Below, piece after piece: positions 50,066 to 59,504 of a stretch of 62,077 nucleotides of DNA. This DNA is from a virus: positions 1 to 62,077 of the IMG/VR virus record IMGVR_UViG_3300036861_000916; one strand, written 5' to 3'. Position numbers and translations under genes: made by a program. Numbering within the stretch: position 1 is the first letter of the stretch; each line of letters begins with the position of its first letter. The notes beneath the pieces are model-generated. The model was not told the DNA's origin and did not search any database. It saw only the letters and a list, made by a program, of their open reading frames with translations.

Positions 50066-50356
50066 TCACGACTCCTCGTCCTCTTCCTTCCACAGCCGCC
50101 CGCTCGCGAGCCAGTAGGCCAGGATCTCGATGACCGCGGCGGCTCGCGCCCTGTCCAGGCTCGCGACGCAGCCGCCACCGATCTTCAGGATGAGCTCGTC
50201 CGGGTCGGCCAGCCCGGTCACGGCATGAGCACCGCTGCCAGCCATCTCCTCGAACCTCACCAGCGGCCCGTTGGTCGCGATGAACTGCTTCGCCCGCAGG
50301 CTCTTCGGCGTCTGGACATCGAATACGGCGAATGGCTCGCCAGTCTTGGAACTCAT
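50066..50356 (-). CDS. hypothetical acidic-tailed protein
   Basis: 96-aa ORF, AAGGAGAC upstream. Confidence 0.45.
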   Translation of the reverse strand: MSSKTGEPFAVFDVQTPKSLRAKQFIATNGPLVRFEEMAGSGAHAVTGLADPDELILKIGGGCVASLDRARAAAVIEILAYWLASGRLWKEEDEES

Positions 50357-50452
50357 GGCTTTGGTCTCCTTCGCCTATAGTCTACCGGTGGCGGTTGAAC
50401 AGAGCAACCCCTTATAATGGAACCAGGTGAACTTTTGCGTCGGGAGGACCCT

Positions 50453-52897
50453 ATGCGACTTCGCGCCCTGCTGCTGCTTCTCGCCTTCGCCGTTCTCCGC
50501 CCCGCTCTCGCTGCTCCTTCGCCCACGGGCCGCACGCCGCGCCTGCTGTGGACGCCGGAGTGGCAGGACACGATCCAGCGGATGAGGGCGGAGGGGCACC
50601 CATGGTGGAAGCTTACCGTCAGCAATGCCACTAAGACCGGCACGTCCGGCCAGCGCTACGGAGATACCGGCCTCTGGGCCGCCATCGTCTACCAGGCCAC
50701 CGGTGACGTCGCGTTCGCGAACCGCGCGTTGCTGCTGCTGCGACCCCTGCTCACGAGCACGGCGACGCGCGGCGGCAACTGGCTGCGTTCCAACGGCGCC
50801 GAGCAGGCGCTGCTGTTCGACTGGCTGTATCCGGCACTCTCGCCGTCTGACAAGCAGCTCTACATCGCGGCTCTCAATCGTTGGGCGGACGAGGCAACGA
50901 CGAACAGATGGTCGCCGCTCTTTCCCATTCGCACCGAGGACAGCGATCAAACGGTGGGCACGTACTTCGAGTTCGCGTTCCTCGCCGTGGCTACCATGGG
51001 CGACAATCCTCGGGCGGATGAGTTCATCAATCGCTCCTACGTGGGCGGGTTCACCGCCACCGCCGCCGATCGCAGCACCCTGCGAAACGCCATCCGGCAG
51101 TATTGCGAGGAGCTGGCCGCCGGCGGCGTCTGGCCGGAGAGCACGCAATACAATCACGGCACACTCTCGCTGCTCGTTCTTGGCGTCGAGGGTCTTCGTG
51201 ACCGCCACGCGTCCGACCTCTTCTCGGAGGCGACTGATCTGCTGCCGCGGCTCGCGCTCGGTCAGCTCTACGAGATTACGCCGGACCTCGCTCAACCGCT
51301 CCAGTGGGGCGACACTGAGAACCCACGCGACCTACGGCTGTTCCAATACGTGACGCTCCTGGGGATGCTGCAGGGCTCGCTGCGGAACCTCCCCGAAGGC
51401 GCTTACCTGAACACCCTGATCGACGATCTGGTCGCGAAGCATGGAGCGACAGGCTATCAATCTGCGGAGCCGTGGGCGCGTCTGATGCTCTTCTACGATC
51501 CCTATGGGCCGAAGGCCGACTGGCGGGCTGCCGCGCGCTCGTTCTTCGCGCCAGGTCAGGGCCTCTTGGTGGCGCGTGAGCACGATCGCGGGGCCTCCGG
51601 ATCCCTCTTCGCGGCACACTTCCGTCCGCGCCAGATTGCGGTTGACCATCAGGTGAAATACTTCGGCGACTTCCAGCTCTACCGGCGCGGCGAGTGGGCG
51701 CTCACCCATCCGCTCGCATATCAGGGTCCGGCCGGGCAGGGGGAGGGCACCAACTCGATGCTGCTGGGCGGGCTTTCGGCGATGGGCGACGTGCGGCGCG
51801 TGACCGGCCAGCAGTCCGCTCCGGATGGCCGCTATCATTACATCGCTGGCACAACGGCGGGCGCCTACTACTCCGAGCCGCGCTGGATGCCGCCGCCTGC
51901 TTTCGTGGACGAGTGGACGCGGTCCCTGCTCTACCTGCCCGGCTCGCCGTCCGACGTGCTGATCGTCCATGACCGCGTGAGCGCCGGTCCCGTCGCCGAG
52001 GTCGACATCCCGAAATACTCCTCCGTGGATCGGACGCGCATTCTCGAGGCCGCCTCCGCAGCGAAGCAATGGATCCTGCATGCTCCGGTGGCGCCGGCGA
52101 TCACGGACGGCGCGTATGGATGGCGCACGGCGGGCGGGCAGGAGGTGCGGCTCGACATGCTCCTGCCGCGCGAGCGGACGACGCGAGTGATTGACGAGGA
52201 CGCGGCGTGGGCCGACGTCTATCCCAATCCGGCCAAGAGCGAGCAGAAGTGGCAGCTCCGGATCTCGCCGGCTATCGACGAGCGCCTGGTGGGCTTTCTG
52301 AACGTCATTCGCGTCTCCGATCCCGCGGCACCGGCACCCGCCGCGCCCCTCCTCGTGCGCAGCGATGGCGGAGAGCTCGAGGGCGCACTCGTCTCGCGGA
52401 CGGGTGCATCAGAGTTGCTGGCGCTGTTCCCCGCCGCGGGGCCGGCGTTGCACGCCGCGTCCCTCACCGTCCGGTTCAGCACCGCGGACGCTGCCGACGT
52501 CTTCATGGCCGACCTCGCCGTAGATCAAGTCTGGGCCGCGGTCCTCGACGGCCAAGCCGTGCCCCTCGTCCGCGGGTCGGGTGGGCTTGCGCTTCTCCGC
52601 GTGCCCGGGGCTGGCGTCCACATCCTGCAGTTGGGCTCCGCCGTCGTGCCGCTGGTCCAGTTCCCCGTCTCCTGCCTGGACGCTGCCGGCTCTCGCGTGG
52701 CGTTCGAGTGGGAGGGGGTGAGCCGCCTGGAGCTTACGTTCTCCGATCTGGCGGCGGCTCAAGAGGTGGCGCGGCGGCTCGCGCTGGCGAACCCGAGCCT
52801 GACGGCGGTCGTGGAGGACCTGTCAGCGCCGGGGGTGCGGCGGCTGCACCGCTACTCGGCGGAGGTGGCATATCGGCTGGAGGAGACGCCGCGCTAG
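50453..52897 (+). CDS. large secreted protein, heparinase II/III / alginate-lyase-like (polysaccharide-degrading candidate)
   Basis: ATG 50453 (GGGAGG upstream); signal peptide MRLRALLLLLAFAVLRPALA; N-terminal ...PRLLWTPEW...HPWW...YQATGD.AFA pattern of alpha/alpha-toroid lyases (weak recollection). Confidence 0.5.
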   Translation: MRLRALLLLLAFAVLRPALAAPSPTGRTPRLLWTPEWQDTIQRMRAEGHPWWKLTVSNATKTGTSGQRYGDTGLWAAIVYQATGDVAFANRALLLLRPLLTSTATRGGNWLRSNGAEQALLFDWLYPALSPSDKQLYIAALNRWADEATTNRWSPLFPIRTEDSDQTVGTYFEFAFLAVATMGDNPRADEFINRSYVGGFTATAADRSTLRNAIRQYCEELAAGGVWPESTQYNHGTLSLLVLGVEGLRDRHASDLFSEATDLLPRLALGQLYEITPDLAQPLQWGDTENPRDLRLFQYVTLLGMLQGSLRNLPEGAYLNTLIDDLVAKHGATGYQSAEPWARLMLFYDPYGPKADWRAAARSFFAPGQGLLVAREHDRGASGSLFAAHFRPRQIAVDHQVKYFGDFQLYRRGEWALTHPLAYQGPAGQGEGTNSMLLGGLSAMGDVRRVTGQQSAPDGRYHYIAGTTAGAYYSEPRWMPPPAFVDEWTRSLLYLPGSPSDVLIVHDRVSAGPVAEVDIPKYSSVDRTRILEAASAAKQWILHAPVAPAITDGAYGWRTAGGQEVRLDMLLPRERTTRVIDEDAAWADVYPNPAKSEQKWQLRISPAIDERLVGFLNVIRVSDPAAPAPAAPLLVRSDGGELEGALVSRTGASELLALFPAAGPALHAASLTVRFSTADAADVFMADLAVDQVWAAVLDGQAVPLVRGSGGLALLRVPGAGVHILQLGSAVVPLVQFPVSCLDAAGSRVAFEWEGVSRLELTFSDLAAAQEVARRLALANPSLTAVVEDLSAPGVRRLHRYSAEVAYRLEETPR

Positions 52898-52902
52898 GTC
52901 AC

Positions 52903-53160
52903 TCAGGGCTCCTCCGTCTCCCCGCGCTCTATTGCTCGGCTGTTCATACACTGGAGATACATCGCCGCTAGTTCCCGCGCCTCGTCCCTGGCCTCGCAAG
53001 CCGTCCGGTATTGGCTCTGTAAGTCGCGTATCTGTTCGTAGGCCAAGTCGATCTCTTGTGCGCGTCGGTCCAATTCGTTAATCAACGCCTCAACTTGATG
53101 CGTGATGTCCTGTGGACTATTGGTCATCGTCGTTTGCTCCTTGCTAGGTGTGCGCCTCAT
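52903..53160 (-). CDS. hypothetical coiled-coil protein
   Basis: 85-aa ORF. Confidence 0.4.
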   Translation of the reverse strand: MRRTPSKEQTTMTNSPQDITHQVEALINELDRRAQEIDLAYEQIRDLQSQYRTACEARDEARELAAMYLQCMNSRAIERGETEEP

Positions 53161-53410
53161 CGCTCTTCAGGACAAAGGCGATTGGCTCTACCGGATCGCC
53201 GGCGGTGTGGCGTTTGCTGAACTGGATTGCTCTGGTCGGTAGTCGATACCATGTCCCGGGCCACTGGCAGGCCCGGTCCCAATGTTCGCCCAGCGTCTTG
53301 ATAATCCATTGGCCACCGAGCTGTTCTCGCAGAGCGCGCGCGATAGGGCACATCGTGGCGCTCCCTGCGACTGCACCCTGGATGTGGCGCTCCTCGACCC
53401 GGATCTTCAT
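53144..53410 (-). CDS. hypothetical protein
   Basis: 88-aa ORF. Confidence 0.4.
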   Translation of the reverse strand: MKIRVEERHIQGAVAGSATMCPIARALREQLGGQWIIKTLGEHWDRACQWPGTWYRLPTRAIQFSKRHTAGDPVEPIAFVLKSDEAHT

Positions 53411-53506
53411 TCGGTTCCTTTCTGCGTGACGTGATACGCTTGACGCGGCAGCGGTCCACCCGCGCTCCTCGCGGCCCCGGAGCGTCAGGAACTCCGGGGC
53501 CGCACC

Positions 53507-53836
53507 TCATGTCTGGCTGGTCCTGTCACGGTCATCTTCGCCATCCATACGCTGCCTCATCCACTCGCGACGGTATCGATCGGCGTAGGCGTCTAATTGC
53601 GCAGCGAGCCAGTCCGGCTTGATTTCTCGAAGCTCATCCGCCGTCGCCGTCGCACATTCGGTGCAGAGCCCGAAGTCCCATGGGCACCATCCCGGCATCC
53701 CCGTCGTCGGGTAACCGTCAAGCTCCCATTCCCAGGCCGTCCACCATCGGCCACAATTCACACATGGGTAGATCCACCAGCCGCGCATGGTGGAGACGAG
53801 CATGAAGAACCATCGGGGCCGGCGCAGTCGCTTCAT
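53507..53836 (-). CDS. Trp/Cys-rich hypothetical protein
   Basis: ATG 53836 (ATGA coupling) in frame of track ORF 53507..53926. Confidence 0.4.
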   Translation of the reverse strand: MKRLRRPRWFFMLVSTMRGWWIYPCVNCGRWWTAWEWELDGYPTTGMPGWCPWDFGLCTECATATADELREIKPDWLAAQLDAYADRYRREWMRQRMDGEDDRDRTSQT

Positions 53837-54015
53837 TCCTTCGGCCTCCGAACTTCGGCTGGCTTCCCGCACTTGTCGCAAGCGGCGGCGTAGACGGTGC
53901 CATCCGGCATGTGGAACTCGAAACAATGGGCGCCTTCGAGCAGTCCGGCTGCCTTCGCCGCTTTGAGCTGGTCAAGAAGGCGGCAGCGGCGATGTCGGAC
54001 AACGCGGCGTCTCAT
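53833..54015 (-). CDS. hypothetical small protein
   Basis: ATG 54015 (ATGA coupling) in frame of track ORF 53833..54066. Confidence 0.35.
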   Translation of the reverse strand: MRRRVVRHRRCRLLDQLKAAKAAGLLEGAHCFEFHMPDGTVYAAACDKCGKPAEVRRPKE

Positions 54016-54335
54016 CGCTCCAGCACCCAGACCTTCTTTGCGCCATGCCCCGCCTCCCCCAAGCACCAGACGGCGCAGCGACCCTCGACCTGCCGGGTAT
54101 CCCAGTCATCGATCTCATCGCGGCCTACGAGCCGGAACCGCACGGTGCTCTCCGATATCCGGCTCGGACTGACCTGCGCGTAGAAAGGATCGCTGTAGTA
54201 GATCTGGAAGAACTCGGTGAAGACACGGGCTACCTCCTCGCGCGTCTCACCTGCTTCGCGGGACACGACCCAGCAGCCCTCTCCGAAGTCCCTCGGCTCG
54301 GCGAAGTACTCGGCGAACTTGCTTGGCTTCGGCAT
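54012..54335 (-). CDS. hypothetical protein
   Basis: ATG 54335 overlaps upstream TAA (TAATG). Confidence 0.4.
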   Translation of the reverse strand: MPKPSKFAEYFAEPRDFGEGCWVVSREAGETREEVARVFTEFFQIYYSDPFYAQVSPSRISESTVRFRLVGRDEIDDWDTRQVEGRCAVWCLGEAGHGAKKVWVLER

Positions 54336-55414
54336 TAGGGCTCCTCCTCCGGCCACGCGAGGCTGCGGACAAGGTAGGTGTCGGCCACCTTACGCCAGAA
54401 GCTGCCAGGATTGTTCGCCTGCGGGCCGAACGTCGGGGCACAGGCGGCGTCCAAGAGCTCACTCACGAGCGTATCTGCGGGAAAGGCGCGGAGCCGGAGC
54501 ACTTGACCACAATCGTCGGCGATGAGATTGACCCGGGCGCGAGAGGCGATCCGTAGCAGCACCTCACGGCGGAGCGGAGCCTCTGGCGGCGCGTCCTGGC
54601 CATAGAGCGCCACTTTCGGCCCGCCCGCCGGCACCGGGTCTCCATATCGCTCCCGCCACTCCATCTGTTGGCGTTCCGGTGTCAGTCCGGGGCAAATCTG
54701 CGCCACTCGGACCCCTTCCGTGAGTTGCTGGCCACCGCTCTCGCCTTCGGGGCCGCCCTCGCGCAGTGTCCACTGGAAGCTCTGGCTGAATGGCGAGCGC
54801 CCGATCATCTGGAACGTGATGCTCACGTCATCGCCCCACTGGCTGCGGTTGTCGCCAAGCACCTCAGCGAGGTAGGGCTCCCCGCCCATCTGGTCGGCGT
54901 GGAGTGTGACCGGAATGCCCCGGTAGACCGCAAGGCGCTGCGCGTCGGTAAGGGTGCCGAAATGCTTCACCCAACGGTTGCCGTCGCGGATCGCCTGGTC
55001 CATCTGGCGCTCGAGGGTGGACTGGCGCTCGGCTCGTAGTCGTTGCATCTCGGCACTCGAAAATGCAGGACGCTCTAACAGATAGCGGTGGTTCTGCACC
55101 GATCCCATCCCGCGCCAAGCGCAGTCGTATTCCTTGTCTATGTCGAAGAACCCCGCAAGTGCGTGCATGAAGCCGCGAAGTGCGCCCTCGTAGCGCACGA
55201 CGACCGTAACATTGCACAGCGGGCGTTCTGCGGCCAGCGTGACGCCCGCTGTCTTCGACAAGCGCTCCAGCACGGCGGCGAGCCGGTCACCCTCTTCGGT
55301 GACGCTGATCTTCTGTTCAAGGCGGGTATCGTCCACGGTAGGAACCTCCGCCGCCCCGGCTGGCAGAGCCGGGGCGAGCAGGCACAGGGCAAGCAGGAAA
55401 GTGTATCGCTTCAT
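54335..55414 (-). CDS. secreted protein of unknown function
   Basis: 359 aa; signal peptide MKRYTFLLALCLLAPALPAGAA. Confidence 0.55.
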   Translation of the reverse strand: MKRYTFLLALCLLAPALPAGAAEVPTVDDTRLEQKISVTEEGDRLAAVLERLSKTAGVTLAAERPLCNVTVVVRYEGALRGFMHALAGFFDIDKEYDCAWRGMGSVQNHRYLLERPAFSSAEMQRLRAERQSTLERQMDQAIRDGNRWVKHFGTLTDAQRLAVYRGIPVTLHADQMGGEPYLAEVLGDNRSQWGDDVSITFQMIGRSPFSQSFQWTLREGGPEGESGGQQLTEGVRVAQICPGLTPERQQMEWRERYGDPVPAGGPKVALYGQDAPPEAPLRREVLLRIASRARVNLIADDCGQVLRLRAFPADTLVSELLDAACAPTFGPQANNPGSFWRKVADTYLVRSLAWPEEEP

Positions 55415-55426
55415 GAGGGGGTTTGC

Positions 55427-55966
55427 CTACATGGGGCGCGTCTTGTAATAGACGCGCTCTGCCACGCTGATGGAGACATAGCCGATAGTCTGGTCGGTGG
55501 CTTCCGCAATCGCGTCGCAGAGATTCCAGGTGCCCGTCGGGCTGATCGATACGTAGTCCCAGTAGTAGGACGAGGGCGGGTTCCACCAGCCGTAGTAGGA
55601 GTACTCCACGCCATAATTGCTGGGATACCAGCCGCTACGGTGTTCATCCTGGAAATACCGCCAGTAGGCGTACCCCCGGTCGTAGCGCTGGAGGGACCCC
55701 ACCATGGAGTAGAAGTGAGGCGCAAGACCGTTGGCGTCAGAATGGTAAAGGTCGTTGTGATAGTAGGCGTTGTGCGGGACGGGGACCGTCGACTGACTGG
55801 AAACGTAGGTTTTCCCATCGAGAGGGTTCCGCACGTCCGCCATAACACGCCACCATCGGTCGCCGTAAAGGTTCCAGTAGCTGTAGGTCTGCGCCTGCGC
55901 TGTCCTGGGGGCGAGGGCCAGCAGGGCCAGCAGAGACAGCAGGAAGAGCAGGGACCGCGTTCTCAT
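55427..55966 (-). CDS. secreted Tyr/Trp-rich protein
   Basis: ATG 55966 with GAAGGAGGAAC upstream; signal peptide MRTRSLLFLLSLLALLALAPRTAQA. Confidence 0.55.
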   Translation of the reverse strand: MRTRSLLFLLSLLALLALAPRTAQAQTYSYWNLYGDRWWRVMADVRNPLDGKTYVSSQSTVPVPHNAYYHNDLYHSDANGLAPHFYSMVGSLQRYDRGYAYWRYFQDEHRSGWYPSNYGVEYSYYGWWNPPSSYYWDYVSISPTGTWNLCDAIAEATDQTIGYVSISVAERVYYKTRPM

Positions 55967-56037
55967 GTGTTCCTCCTTCGTCTGAACAAGAGAAAAAGAC
56001 ATCCGGCTTCAGGTCGCCGATGCAGTCTACCGGTATC

Positions 56038-56077
56038 GCTTCAACTTCGCAAGGGGCCGGCGATGTATAATTGAACC
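56038..56077. promoter_or_regulatory. palindrome pair (31 bp) overlapping a TATAAT box 7 nt upstream of ATG 56079
   Basis: GCTTCAACT 56038..56046, TATAAT 56066..56071, AATTGAACC 56069..56077; no SD before the start codon. Confidence 0.4.
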
Positions 56078-56078
56078 G

Positions 56079-57173
56079 ATGGCACAGCTCTCCCGCCTCG
56101 CAGATGATTTCCGCGCCGCCCTCAACCGAAACGAGACGCGCGCCACTCTCCGGATGGCCGCCGCCTACGCCCGCGCGACGCGCCGGCTGAACCGCGACCT
56201 GGACCGGATCACGCGCCGGATTGAGGAGGCACAGAAGGCGGGCCAGCCGCTCGGTGTCTCCTGGCTCTTCCAGCAGGAGCGGCTCGCCAATCTGAAGCGC
56301 GAGGCCGAGGCGGAGATTGCCCGCTTCGCCCGGGAGGCCGCCCAGGAGACGGAGGCGCGCCAGGCGGAGGCGGTGGAGCGCGCGGTGGAGGAGAGCCAGC
56401 GGCTCATGAAGGCTGCCCTCGGCCCGGCGCCACCGACGGCGCTCGCGGGCGTGGAGGCAAGCTTCGTGCGGTTGCCGACGTCGGCGATCACGGAGCTGGT
56501 CGGGCGACTCGGGGATGGCTCACCGCTCCGAGCGCTCTTCGACACGCTGGGGCCAATGGTGGCCGAGCGGCTGGAAACAGGGCTGCTGTCCGGGCTCGCG
56601 GCGGGCTTGGGGCCGCGGGAGATCGCGCGCGAGGTGGCGGATGGGGTCGCGCTGGGGCTGAACCGGGCGCTGCTGATCTCGCGCACCGAAGTTCTACGTG
56701 CCCACCGGGAGGCGAGCCGGCTCACGTATCAGGCGAACGCGGATGTCGTGGACGGGTGGGTGTGGCACGCGAACCTTGACCGGCGGACGTGTCCTGCGTG
56801 TATCGCCCTCCACGGCAGCTTCCACGAACTGGACGAGCGGCTTGACGGTCACCCTGCTTGCCGCTGCGCGCCCATCCCGCGAACGAAGAGCTGGGAGGAG
56901 CTCGGCTTCCAGGGGATCGAGGAGACGCGCCCGGAGACGGAGGTGGGGAGCGACTGGTTCGCGCGGCAGCCAGAGGAGACGCAGCGGGCCGTGCTGGGCA
57001 GTGCGGGCTTCGACGCTTTCCGGCGCGGAGAGGTGAAGCTCACCGACTTCGTAGCGCGGCGGGACAATCCGGAGTGGGGCTCGATGCGCTATGCGCGCTC
57101 ACTCAAGGCGATTCGGGAGGACCGCGGCGGAGAGGTGCTCGGTGCTGCCGCGGTCCCGGGGCCGCCGCGATAG
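56079..57173 (+). CDS. head morphogenesis protein (SPP1 gp7 / Mu gpF family)
   Basis: 364 aa; ...WVWHANLDRRTCPACIALHGSFHELDE...HPACRCAPIP typical of the family. Confidence 0.8.
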   Translation: MAQLSRLADDFRAALNRNETRATLRMAAAYARATRRLNRDLDRITRRIEEAQKAGQPLGVSWLFQQERLANLKREAEAEIARFAREAAQETEARQAEAVERAVEESQRLMKAALGPAPPTALAGVEASFVRLPTSAITELVGRLGDGSPLRALFDTLGPMVAERLETGLLSGLAAGLGPREIAREVADGVALGLNRALLISRTEVLRAHREASRLTYQANADVVDGWVWHANLDRRTCPACIALHGSFHELDERLDGHPACRCAPIPRTKSWEELGFQGIEETRPETEVGSDWFARQPEETQRAVLGSAGFDAFRRGEVKLTDFVARRDNPEWGSMRYARSLKAIREDRGGEVLGAAAVPGPPR

Positions 57174-57178
57174 CGAAT

Positions 57179-57385
57179 TCACCGCACCGGGCGGCACTTC
57201 GCGGGGTCGGCGTGCCACTTGTCGCGGCCCTTCCCGAAGCCCTGACCGGGCATTGCGCGCAGGAGCAGACCCCGCTCCTCATCCACCTCCAGGACGCGCG
57301 CCACGGTCCCGAAGTTCGACACCAGATCGCCGACGGCGAACGTCACGGCGGGAGCGGTCGGCAGCGCGAGCATTTCGGCGGTCAT
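57179..57385 (-). CDS. hypothetical small protein
   Basis: ATG 57385 in frame of track ORF 57179..57445. Confidence 0.35.
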   Translation of the reverse strand: MTAEMLALPTAPAVTFAVGDLVSNFGTVARVLEVDEERGLLLRAMPGQGFGKGRDKWHADPAKCRPVR

Positions 57386-57531
57386 CGGGCGTCTCCTTTC
57401 GGGAGAGTGGTCGGCTCTCTCGCCGACATAGGGATTGTTCCTCAACTGGTGGCCGAGTGTGAGATAGAAAGTTGAACTGTCTTCAGAGCCGGGGCCGCCC
57501 GGCTAAACCGCGGCGGCCCCTTCCCCGCGCT

Positions 57532-57717
57532 CTACAGCTTGACTTCCCTCCACGCGACCATCATTCCCATCGGCTTGTATGTCACCCGGTCGGCCCGCCG
57601 GCTCGCCAGCAGCTCGCGCCCCAGCGCCTCCGCCTCTTCCGGGTAGTAATCCCGGGTGTTCCATTCGCCAGCAACGTGCTTCCCGTTTAGCGTCACGCAG
57701 AGCATATTGGTTCGCAT
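57532..57717 (-). CDS. hypothetical small protein
   Basis: 61-aa ORF, GAAGGAGAC upstream. Confidence 0.4.
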   Translation of the reverse strand: MRTNMLCVTLNGKHVAGEWNTRDYYPEEAEALGRELLASRRADRVTYKPMGMMVAWREVKL

Positions 57718-57771
57718 TCTCGTGTCTCCTTCAGGTCGTCTATCTGCCTACAGAGGGATTATCGGCGGGCG

Positions 57772-57811
57772 AGTTCAACTTCTCCAGGGAGAATTTCGTT
57801 ATGGTTGAACG
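57772..57811. promoter_or_regulatory. pair of AGTT(C/G)AACT palindromes 31 bp apart upstream of the scaffold/capsid genes
   Basis: AGTTCAACT 57772..57780 and GGTTGAACG 57803..57811; third copy GGTTGAATG at 57867..57875. Confidence 0.45.
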
Positions 57812-57872
57812 AAATTCCAACCCCGTTTCGCACTACCATTACATTGAGGCAAACCCTGCCTCGGGAGGTTGA

Positions 57873-58520
57873 ATGCAACGCATGTTTGGCCAGGAGCCAT
57901 TCATTGTCTTCGCGGCGGACAGCGGCGCAGGTTCAGGCGGGTCGGCGGCAGGCGGCGACGGGGCGGGTTCCCCGGGCGCCGGCGGGGCGGCGGACAGCGG
58001 CGGGACCGGCGAGAAGTCCGGCGGAGACGACGCCCCAGGTGGGCAGAAGGCAGGCGACGCCGGCGGGACCGGCGGCGCCACGGGGAAGACGTTCGACGAG
58101 GCTTACGTCAAGGAGCTGCGCGACGAGGCGGCCAAGCACAGGCGCGACAAGGCGGCGGTGGAGGCCAAGCTGAAGGCGATCGAGGACGCGAAGCTCTCGG
58201 AGGACGAGAAGCGCGCGAAGAGGATGCAGGAGTTGGAGGCGGAGAACGCCCGGCTCCTGGGCGAGACGCGCCGCGCAGCCATCCTCGCCGCGGCAGCGAC
58301 GGCAGGCGCCATCGTGCCGGAGGCGGTTGTCGGCCTGGTGCCGGCGGATGCCGAGGACGTGAAGCAGGCGGTCGCGGCGGTGAAGCGCGAATACGGGGAC
58401 CTGTTTCGGAAGCCGGTGGCCGGCTCCGCAGACGCGGGGGCAGGCACGGGCGACCAGGGGAAGAAACCCGTCACCGACATGAATACGATCATCAGGCGGG
58501 CCGCCGGCCGCATTCCCTAG
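57873..58520 (+). CDS. scaffolding protein
   Basis: 215 aa, Gly/Ala-rich N-terminus then charged coiled coil, directly upstream of the capsid gene. Confidence 0.65.
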   Translation: MQRMFGQEPFIVFAADSGAGSGGSAAGGDGAGSPGAGGAADSGGTGEKSGGDDAPGGQKAGDAGGTGGATGKTFDEAYVKELRDEAAKHRRDKAAVEAKLKAIEDAKLSEDEKRAKRMQELEAENARLLGETRRAAILAAAATAGAIVPEAVVGLVPADAEDVKQAVAAVKREYGDLFRKPVAGSADAGAGTGDQGKKPVTDMNTIIRRAAGRIP

Positions 58521-58541
58521 AACCGGCGGGGAGCGTGTGCG

Positions 58542-59486
58542 GTGGCTTTCAACGATCAGATTACCAGGGTGAATGCCGGGCCGCTGATCCCCGAGGACGT
58601 GTCGCGGGAGATCATCCAGAGCGTGCCCGAGCAGAGCGCCATCATGCGGATGGCCCGGCGCATGCCGGACATGCCGCGTGCCCAGCGGCGCATGCCGGTG
58701 CAGAGCGTTCTGCCCACGGCCTTCTTCGTTACCGGCGACACCGGCCTCAAGCAAACGACGTCGATGGAGTGGGAGAATAAGTTCTTCGACGCCGAGGAGA
58801 TCGCCTGCATCGTGCCCATCTCCGAAGCGGTGCTGGACGACGTCGACTATGACATCTGGGCCGAGGCGCGCCCGCGGATCGCCGAGGCGTTCGGCAGGGT
58901 CTTCGACGCCGCGGTGCTGTTCGGCACGAACGCGCCAGCCTCGTGGCCGGATGACCTCCTGACCGCGGCGACGGCGGCGGGGAACACGGTCACCCTTGGC
59001 ACGGGCGCGGACCTCTACGATGACCTCCTCGCTCCCGGCGGCATGCGGGACAAGGTCACCCTCGACGGCTACCCCGTCACTGGATGGATGGCGGCGCTCG
59101 AAATGCAGGCGCAGCTCGACGGCCTGCGCGACGCCAATGGGCAGCCGATCTTCTCCCCGTCCATGCAGGACCCGACGCGCTGGGTATTGCGTGGGAGCAA
59201 CATCGACTTCCCGATGAATGGCGCCTTCGACCCGCTGCAGGCTCTGATGTTCGCCGGGGACTGGCGGCAGCTTGTCTGGTGTATGCGCACGGACCTGACG
59301 GCCCGGCTGCTCGATCAGGCGGTCATCCAGGACGGCAGCGGCGACATCATCCTCAACCTGGCGCAGATGGACATGGTGGCGATGCGCTTCGTCATGCGCC
59401 TCGCCTGGCAGGTGCCCAATCCGATCAACCGGATCAACGAGAACGACACGACCCGGTTCCCGTTCAGCGTTCTGCTGCCTTCATAG
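58542..59486 (+). CDS. major capsid protein (HK97 fold)
   Basis: 314 aa; size, position and N-terminal ...LIPEDVSREIIQSV.EQSAIMRMARRM... pattern typical of PF05065-type capsids. Confidence 0.8.
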   Translation: MAFNDQITRVNAGPLIPEDVSREIIQSVPEQSAIMRMARRMPDMPRAQRRMPVQSVLPTAFFVTGDTGLKQTTSMEWENKFFDAEEIACIVPISEAVLDDVDYDIWAEARPRIAEAFGRVFDAAVLFGTNAPASWPDDLLTAATAAGNTVTLGTGADLYDDLLAPGGMRDKVTLDGYPVTGWMAALEMQAQLDGLRDANGQPIFSPSMQDPTRWVLRGSNIDFPMNGAFDPLQALMFAGDWRQLVWCMRTDLTARLLDQAVIQDGSGDIILNLAQMDMVAMRFVMRLAWQVPNPINRINENDTTRFPFSVLLPS

Positions 59487-59504
59487 GCGCAGGGAGGAAC
59501 GACC

